Shown here piece by piece: positions 55,945 to 64,000 of a stretch of DNA of 64,000 nucleotides. A program made the translations under genes and the position numbers. Below the pieces are notes generated by a model. It was not told the DNA's origin. It searched no databases and saw only the letters and a program-made list of their open reading frames with translations. The stretch spans positions 5,580,001-5,644,000 of the forward strand of contig CM119374.1 of the NCBI GenBank assembly GCA_051294905.1, read 5' to 3'. Numbering within the stretch: the first letter of the stretch is position 1; every line of letters begins with the position of its first letter. Source of the stretch: Botryllus schlosseri (lineage: Eukaryota).

Positions 55945-57209
55945 CAGGGTCGTAACAGTACTTCGTCACCCCCCTCAAAACTTTGGTCTCGGGCCCCCAT
56001 AGGGTTATAGGCCGAGCTTCGCCCCCCAGACCCCCTATCCGGTGATACACTGTTTACCGATATTTATCATCTTCATTGGGAATTTGTTTACTGGATCGAC
56101 TTTCGTCGCATAAGCGCGCGAAGCGCGGAAAATTTCTAGAATTCATGATTGAATCGGTCAGTATGACCGGGAATTGCATGTATATTGTTATCAATTTTTA
56201 TCTTCTCTCTGCTCACGTAATCAGATTTGCCGGTAGAGCTGAGTGAGGTATGTTTGAAAAGGTAGGATTACTCAATAATAATTAAATATCTTCGGTCGTA
56301 TACCCGTTATCAGTAACGAAACAGTACCTCGTCAGGCTCCCAAAAACGTGGGTCCTGGGATCCCATGGGTCGTAAAACGAACCCCCATCACGTTGTTCGC
56401 GTTTGTCACGAAATCATCTGTACTGTATTGTGAGGCAACGCGAGGCGCGAAAATTTTCGATAATTTATGATAAAATCGGTCAATCAGATCGGCGATTGCA
56501 TATATAATATGCTATCAATTTATTGTCCTCTCTACTAACGTAATTAGATTTACCGGTAAAGCTCAGTGAAGTGTCTTGAAAATGGGAGGGACCGTAAAAT
56601 TAAACATATTCGGGCGGGCGGACCCGTTGATATGACTTCGTTACATGATGTTATTTCGTGACTTCCAATCTGCTATATCAAAAAATAGAATCGCCGAAAC
56701 GTAGGCTTTTAAACTAAGAGACGCACACGATTTCAAATTGGTATTTCTTCACTGGCATAAAATTTTTCCCAGCGGGATGGTATTTGTCTTGTGACGTTCA
56801 GATTGCAAAGACAGGAGCATTCGGCGCCAGTCAGTTAGGCGCCTATGGACAATTAAACCTATATGTATTTTGTAAATATAGCGAAGTCTTCGGTCAGCGT
56901 ACGGGCATAGACCTTTTCGGCCAAGGTTTTCTCGCTGCCGATCTTTCTGGCACACTTCTTGGAGTCGCATGTTATATGGCCTAAAACTTGATTGTATGTC
57001 TTGGTGGGTCGTGACGCGGTAATGACCCAATACCCAATAATAAAGATAAACGGCTACCTGAATTGAAATTTTGAAAAAATTGCATAAATTTTCAAAAAAT
57101 AGGCTACTCTATGATTTATGCTAATTCACGAAATAATTTTGGGGCCCCTTCGAGCTCGCCTCCCCCCCCCACCAATTGGGGGGTTTGGGGTGCGGCAGTT
57201 ACGGTGCTG
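55945..57209 (+). mobile_element. Family-A non-autonomous hAT-like element
   Basis: Termini CAGGGTCGTAAC/GTTACGGTGCTG; perfect TSD CGAATAAT. Confidence 0.9.
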
Positions 57210-60200
57210 CGAATAATATGCATAGTCTTTCAACAAGACTATTTTTCTCTGCATCAATCGATCCAATGAGTATCAATACAATCTAGCAGCAATCGTCAAA
57301 GTATTATTCATTTTGACTACAATCTTTGGAAATATCTGAATGTCTGAAGCAGAGTGGCACATGACATTGTTGCTTCTCATAGATTGCCCGGCGTGCCAGA
57401 ATCCCATAAGATAATGATTTGCACTTTTATTAAGATCCCTAAATTCATTTCAATTTCCCCGCAGTTGTGGGTTGCTTTGCGGATGTTTCAATACACGAAC
57501 AATCTTTTCTTGAAAGTTAGAATGGACTACAATTTTTAAATTGGTCAATAACGGTCCTGTAAAAAAATTATGCATTAAACATTTACAGAACGGGAATTTG
57601 TTAATGTCACAGTTTTGCCAGTCAACTACAATTGAAATCAAGGTAAATATTCAAGCCGTCAAGTATTTTCCGTATTATCGCATATGCAATATATATGAGC
57701 GATGAGCAGAGAGAGATTTTGCATTGGAGGATTGCGGAGTTACATTGCTGGAAAAATAACCTGGGTATTTGAGGCAGCAGTACATACAAATGCAATTCGA
57801 TGCTCATGCTCAGGTCATAAAGCGTGATGGAAATAGCGAAAAGCTATGAAGGCTATACATAAAATACCATAGACGTACACACTATACAATGATGAAGGTT
57901 ACAAAATCATTTCCTAACCTTTCAATGATTAAGACGCCATAGAATGTTGCACGCAAATGCATAAATCATCTATTTTGTACAATCCTTCCAGCTATCAATC
58001 CTTGTTAATTTTCAAGGTTTACAGGCAGTTCATGGGGAACACTTCTCAACGTGTAGTTTATATCGAAGAAGTGCAAAAATGTCTACCAGGTATATTTTGA
58101 ATAAATGGCAATTGGTAGACGTTTTCGGACACCCCGGTGTGGAAGATTCAACTATTGAGAGGAGTACGACAGATCACGCCAGGTCGATGTGAACAATACC
58201 AACTATGGAGTGATTATCGTTAGTGTCATTCCAGTGCATTGTTTTGCCGATTGAATATTGTTTGGAACAATGCCGATTCTCATCATTGATGTGGATGTAA
58301 CGGCCTGACCCGGTAAAAAGTTACATATGTTAGCATTTTAGCAATCAGTACAATGATAGTTTTCGGTTAGTTCCGATTTTATATTATGAAGGTACAATCA
58401 CTATGGCTGCTAGTGAACTCAGCCCTTGGTGAATTCGGCCCCACAATATTACAATATATACTATTTAAATCAACTTAGTTGCTCACACAAATATCGTAAT
58501 CAACCCTTCTCTTTTAAAAAATCAGGTGACGTAAATGCTGCCAGAAAATTTTCAAATCTTTCTACTTTGATAAATGTGCATTGTAAAAAGTTTTATTACA
58601 TCCTAGTATGCAGCACTGCCTCACTATGCTCAATAAACCAACAAAACTAAGCCAATTGCGGAAAATCACTGAATTAGTACGCCGGCAAGGTCGATTGCAG
58701 CAGTCCACCATAGTCGAAATACGCAATCCGTACCTCTGCTCAAGCATATCCTGCGACGGACTGATTTCACCGGGAACCTATCTGATAGCGTTAAGGGGCG
58801 TGGCAGTTTCCAATCATTGTATATATATCATTGGTCTGCCGTATAGGGCCGCAAACAGCGATTGAAGGTTTATATTACAGTAAAAAAATATTATATATAA
58901 CTTTTTATCGATATGTTTCAAGGTTCGAAAGTTGCTTTAATTAAACATTGGCTATGACATGATTAACTTACAAGGAGTATGCCCGAGACTTGGATGCGGC
59001 CACCCTGCAGAAACGCTCTGATAGTTGCCGCAAGCCAAATGTCCGATGGCTGCAAAATTTCAACGCGACAGCTTCTACGATGTCATGATGCCTTTGTCAT
59101 CTCGCTTGATGTCCATGACTCAATATTTCGACAGATTATGCCAGCACATGCAACAACAATTTTATCCAAATGTTTGAAAATTGGACTTTTCGTGGCAAAC
59201 ATGAATATTTCAATAGTAGCCTAAATCACATTTTCGCGATGTGAATGAAATGACAGTCCGCAAGGTCCCGTCATATAAGACCTAGTTGCAAATACATATA
59301 ATACCCCTATATCATGCTGCAACCTACGGAGTCATCGATAACTAGGAGATTGGCCTGCGGGCACATATGAGTTTTAGACCCCTAGTGTTTGAGACCCCTG
59401 TTCACTGTCGGTGATCTTTCGGGGATATTGACGAATGTAACGAAGGAAAGCAAACGCAAAATTGTCAGCGATACCCAATGCACCGGGTTGATGTTTCGGG
59501 CAGATTGGTTTGATTTTCATTTTAAAGCATTGTTTTCAAATTCTTCAAAAATGGCATTCGTTTCTGCAGTCTGTGGCAGTCTGAATCCTGCGAGTATAGG
59601 CGCAGACGCTTGTCTAACGCGGTTATCTAAGGATGCTAATCGTTGTATAATTCATACACGTAATCCATGACTTTAATACCACAATAACTCGCCCAAGTCG
59701 GATTCGGATGAAGATAGCTGACGAATAGTGTAGCAACAGCATCATGCAACTTGCATGAAGATAGCTGACACTTAGTACAGCAACAGTATCATACGACCGA
59801 ATGAACGTCATAACGTAGAACGTAGGTAAGTAAGTAAGGAACCAACGTAAGAAGACGAGTAAGATTTAATTTATTTTACGTCAACGTAAATAACCAACAA
59901 ATGGTTGTCCATAGACGATTATACAGCGGTAAGAACAGCCTCTCTAAAAAGGCTTGATCACAAATGATTACTAAAATCAAGATTAACAAAGGAAATGCGT
60001 AATCGAAAACAGCATTCCCTTCAGTTGGGAGGACGCATGATTAGTCATGCACGGCCGCAGGTTAGACACGGTTGATCTAGTACGATTTAACACTGGCGGC
60101 TTTCAATCAGACAGTCGGCTCAATCCGCCGTGTCTAAATCAACATGATATGTCAACATGGTTCACCACCACCGAGTTGATCATAGACTATAGACGGCTAG

Positions 60201-61299
60201 AAATCGTTAGGGGATACCGTTCCTAAAGTGATATTCGAAAAGTATTATTGAGGTGGTGTGTCATTTGAAACAACTGAACTGAGTCAATTCAGTAAACAGG
60301 GGCAAACGAGAGAGAGATATGGTAAAGGGTTACAGCTGGATTACAATAATCGCTACAGATGATTTTGAGAGCTGGATGTTGGCCACCATTAAATGCTGTT
60401 GGACCGTATATATAGCAGTTGTTGGCACCATATAGGGCAGTCGGACAACGCAGATTAGTTGCAACGATTAGGAAACATAGCACATTTACACGATATTCAA
60501 AGACATAGTGAAATTTGCCTCCGATATTTCAATGTATAGTTATATATGTGCAATCCTGGAAGAGAAAGTTCATGATATTATAAAAATCTTGCACATGGGA
60601 ACGATGCACCATTTTTATTTTTATTCAATACGGTAATGGCAGCCTATTTGACAAGTTTGCGCAGGGTCATGTAAATATTCAACCAACCCGCATCACTTCA
60701 TTGTATTAGGGAAGTCCGCTAAAACTCATATTAGACATGCAGAACCAGAAAAAAAATAGGTTTTTTTTAAATCAAAATAGAATTAGAATTGGAGCTATAC
60801 AGTATATTTCCGAAATTAAAGTTGAATTTGAATTTATTGCATTACAGCTTTTTAAAATTATATCAAAATTAGAATTAGAATTGGTAGTGTTACGTAAAAC
60901 GAAGGCGTTAGGCGAAAATGCGATTTTCGATATACAAATTGGCTATAATATAGTCATACATGCATATTGCATATTTATTTTACACCGTTCTTACGTCACA
61001 CTACCTATTTCGTCTTCCATTGAGAATTAGAATTATAGATACATAGTATTTCCGAATTAGATTGGCATTGGAATTCTTGAATTCGCGAAGACTTGTAAAT
61101 TGAATCACGTTCAGCTCGTATCAAAATCAGCGTTTATTATCATAAGCATGAGAATGACAAATGTATGTACAGGAAGCTTGGTTCTTTTCACACTATGCAG
61201 TTTAGGACAATTGGAGCATAGAAACATTACATGAATTAGATTGTAATTAGAATTAGAGCAAACAAACATTTAAAAAATTGCATTAGAAATAGATTACAG

Positions 61300-62128
61300 C
61301 AGGGGCGGGCAACTTATTCAGTCGGGGGGCCGGATGTAGGAAAATTGAGTACTTGGCGGGCCAGATTGCTCAATCGATACGTTAGTCGCCAATTTATCCA
61401 CATATACAAGGAATAAATCGTATTTAATGAATGTATTTTACGGACAGCAATGTCACTTCACAGCCATTTCTCGTCGATAATGACGAAGACAATGTGGATT
61501 TGAAAATAGCGTAGTCATACAGGCGCCGGCATGTCTCCTTCTCTCAATCAACACACGGTGCAATCCTTAATTAAGATTTCAAGGCGTTCGATAAGTCCAG
61601 TATGCCTACCCCAAATATACAAAGATATCTATTCGTTAGGGTTGAGTAGGTGACGAGATAGCATCGTTGTTCGACTGTGTGGCTAAATTAATCTCAATAT
61701 TGAATTCATGCGGCCTCTACGAAATTTGAATATTGGCCGCGACCCGTTTTGAGTTGGCAGCACTGGCATAAGCGGTGTCTTACAAAAGGCTAGAAGCGTG
61801 CCGTGCTACATGTCGGCAGCTACGGAATCAAAAATAAGAAATACCAGCCTGGTTTAAATGACCATTGTAGTCGACAAACACCATGATTACTACAAACGAC
61901 ATTAGGGTTGAGTACATCGTAAATGCCTATATTGCAAGTCTTCTCGCTTCGACGAACTTACGCGTAAGCTCCACTCTCGCACGCTGCGCACACTCGTATA
62001 TAAAACATACAGTCACTAAAATTGGACCTAGTAAGCAAGTAGTGGGGAATCTCGGTAGACTGGGTCCGCGGGCCACATTATCATCTAAGACGGAAAACAG
62101 TCCGCGGGCCGTATGTTGCCCGCCTCTT
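61300..62128 (+). mobile_element. hAT MITE (CAGGGGCGGGCAAC family)
   Basis: Perfect TSD GATTACAG; inserted into the TTAGAA-rich element. Confidence 0.9.
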
Positions 62129-63379
62129 GATTACAGGCATTACGCTAGAATTGCCAGAATACTAGAATTGCTAGAGTACAATTAGAATTATCTAGATGTC
62201 CTGGTGCGATTCAAATATTAGGAATCGTCAAGTCCAATCCATCTAGCATGAAATCGTATTTAGTGAACGTAGCTCGATCCGCAATATAACAGCAAAAGTA
62301 CCCGGGATAGAAAACGATGTTGAATTTATGTTATATGCGAATTCCTTACAAAACACATGTATCGACCAATGAAAAATTAAATGTCAAAAGTGAACAATTT
62401 CAGTTCAGCAATCATTGATGTATCCATCCTAGTGTGCGCGACTCAAATAAAGCGTTAGCTCATATACGAATTCAATGTTTATCGTAATGAAAAGCAGAAT
62501 AATATCCGTTTTCTTTAGGAATACACCATGAATGTCGCATAGGGTTTCGATCTGTGAAATCCTGATACTGATTCCGTAAATCCCGTGTACTCAATTTTGA
62601 TAAGCCGGATATAGATCAACGATAATGCATTTCAAGATGGAGCGGATCATTCCGTATGGTCATTTCACAATCCTAATTTCTTTTAGTGATGCTGTAGATT
62701 TAAACTTATAGATATCCTCAGAGTTGATTATTGTCGTGGTGGTAGCAATGTAGGGTTATTTATCGCGATGCAACTATTTCGAATATTATTCTGTTTACAG
62801 GGTCATTATATACTTATTGCAGTCGACTGTATTCAATAGAACGCAAATTTATAAAATATGTTTAAGAAAAAGTGTATCGCGATTGCAATTGGGTACATGG
62901 CTCTCTTCGGTATATTTGTTCTGATGAAGCTAAACCTGGACATAAAGGTAAATACTCTAATATCCATCACCGTTGGGGTATGTGTTGCGAGTTACAACTA
63001 AGCAAAACGCCGTATCTTGGGGCATTCGAAATTGGCGTGCTATTGTATCCATCATAGCCATATCATCCGCAATGCTTTGCAGCAATATTGATACGTTTGT
63101 CGATATTACTGATCCCTACTTCATTATATGTTCATCCCATTTAGTTGAATTGCAGTCAAAAAATACACCGCATCGGATATTTCTAGGGTTTAGTACTATA
63201 ATGTAGAATCGAAATGTCAACCTGAGTCATGCTTTATTGCTAGGGCGATTTTTTAACTAAAAACGGGCGATTTTAACCTAAAAAAAACTAACTTTGACCA
63301 AATTCTGACTTCACGTATGTAAATTAGGTGTTATCCAATATAATGTTAAAATTGAACTACTTATCTTCATTTCTGGTTG

Positions 63380-63960
63380 GAACTGTTTGTCCTTACGAAG
63401 CAGTTTGACATTAAAAAAATGTTTTTGACTGAAAAACTGACAAATTTTTAAATGAAAAAAAAAACACTCTATTTTAACGAAATCTGGCCGTATGAAGAAT
63501 TCCAGTAGGTAAATCACACATTATGGTACAGATATTTAAAATTTGCTGTAGTACAACGAAAGATACTTTCTTATATTATCGGTTATAAAGTGTCTGTCCT
63601 TACTAAATAGCTTGTCAAGAATGGGCAAAGAACGTTCAACAGCTGATAACATCGAAGTTGTGCGTACACTGCTACTGACACACTGTGTTTCTTCATCCCG
63701 ACTCTGTTCTCTACATCACAATTTTTATCATGCGCTTCGTGATATATGAACCATGCGATGCCAAAGCAGTCTTGCTTCAGATAGGATATTACGGTATGTT
63801 GACCTTAACACCATGTCACCGTTTTTGTTTCATGTGACCATTTATGATTCGCAATAAGCTGACAATTGGCCATCTACATCGGTAGACCTATAAAGTAGGC
63901 TTCAAGCTGTAAAATATCAAAATCACTGACAGTGCAAAATCCACGATTCAAATGAAATGC
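63380..63960 (+). repeat. Dispersed repeat, similar to about 27100-27560 and 28870-28940
   Basis: Shared strings, e.g. TATGAAGAATTCCAG and CCTATAAAGTAGG..CAAGCTGTAAAAT. Confidence 0.65.
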
Positions 63961-64000
63961 AGGAGTCAAAGAAACTTGACTTTGTAAAAAACTTGACAAA

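Noticed and set aside
55607-56050. 147-aa minus-strand ORF
   Set aside because: Its first part is the family-A element terminus; the remainder has no recognisable motif.
59424-59500. DIDEC calcium-binding EGF-like start
   Set aside because: No acceptor site, the cysteine pattern is incomplete, and the frame closes.

Overview
AT-rich eukaryotic genomic DNA with GT-AG introns; the short 65-67 bp introns and dense MITE content suggest a marine invertebrate, possibly an ascidian (inference). The left half (about 1.3-36.0 kb, + strand) holds the last 14 or so coding exons of an adhesion GPCR. I spliced them by hand in consistent phase into a HormR-like fragment, GAIN domain, GPS (CNHL|TNFASLF), 7TM and a tyrosine-rich tail. 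Its introns are filled with DNA transposons, most with verifiable 8-bp TSDs. These include an apparently intact Buster-type hAT and a Kolobok/Mutator-like element with a 592-aa transposase ORF. The right half (about 38-64 kb) is nested transposon debris. A decayed two-gene ISL2EU-type transposon (THAP-HTH-DDE plus a convergent SAP-SWIM-YqaJ gene) abuts the RT fragment of an R2/NeSL-like LINE. It is split by a 6.4-kb hAT-like element that carries a Gypsy pol, an L2/CR1 3' end and two MITEs. No rRNA, bona fide tRNA or CRISPR was seen. All family assignments come from motif recognition, not database searches.
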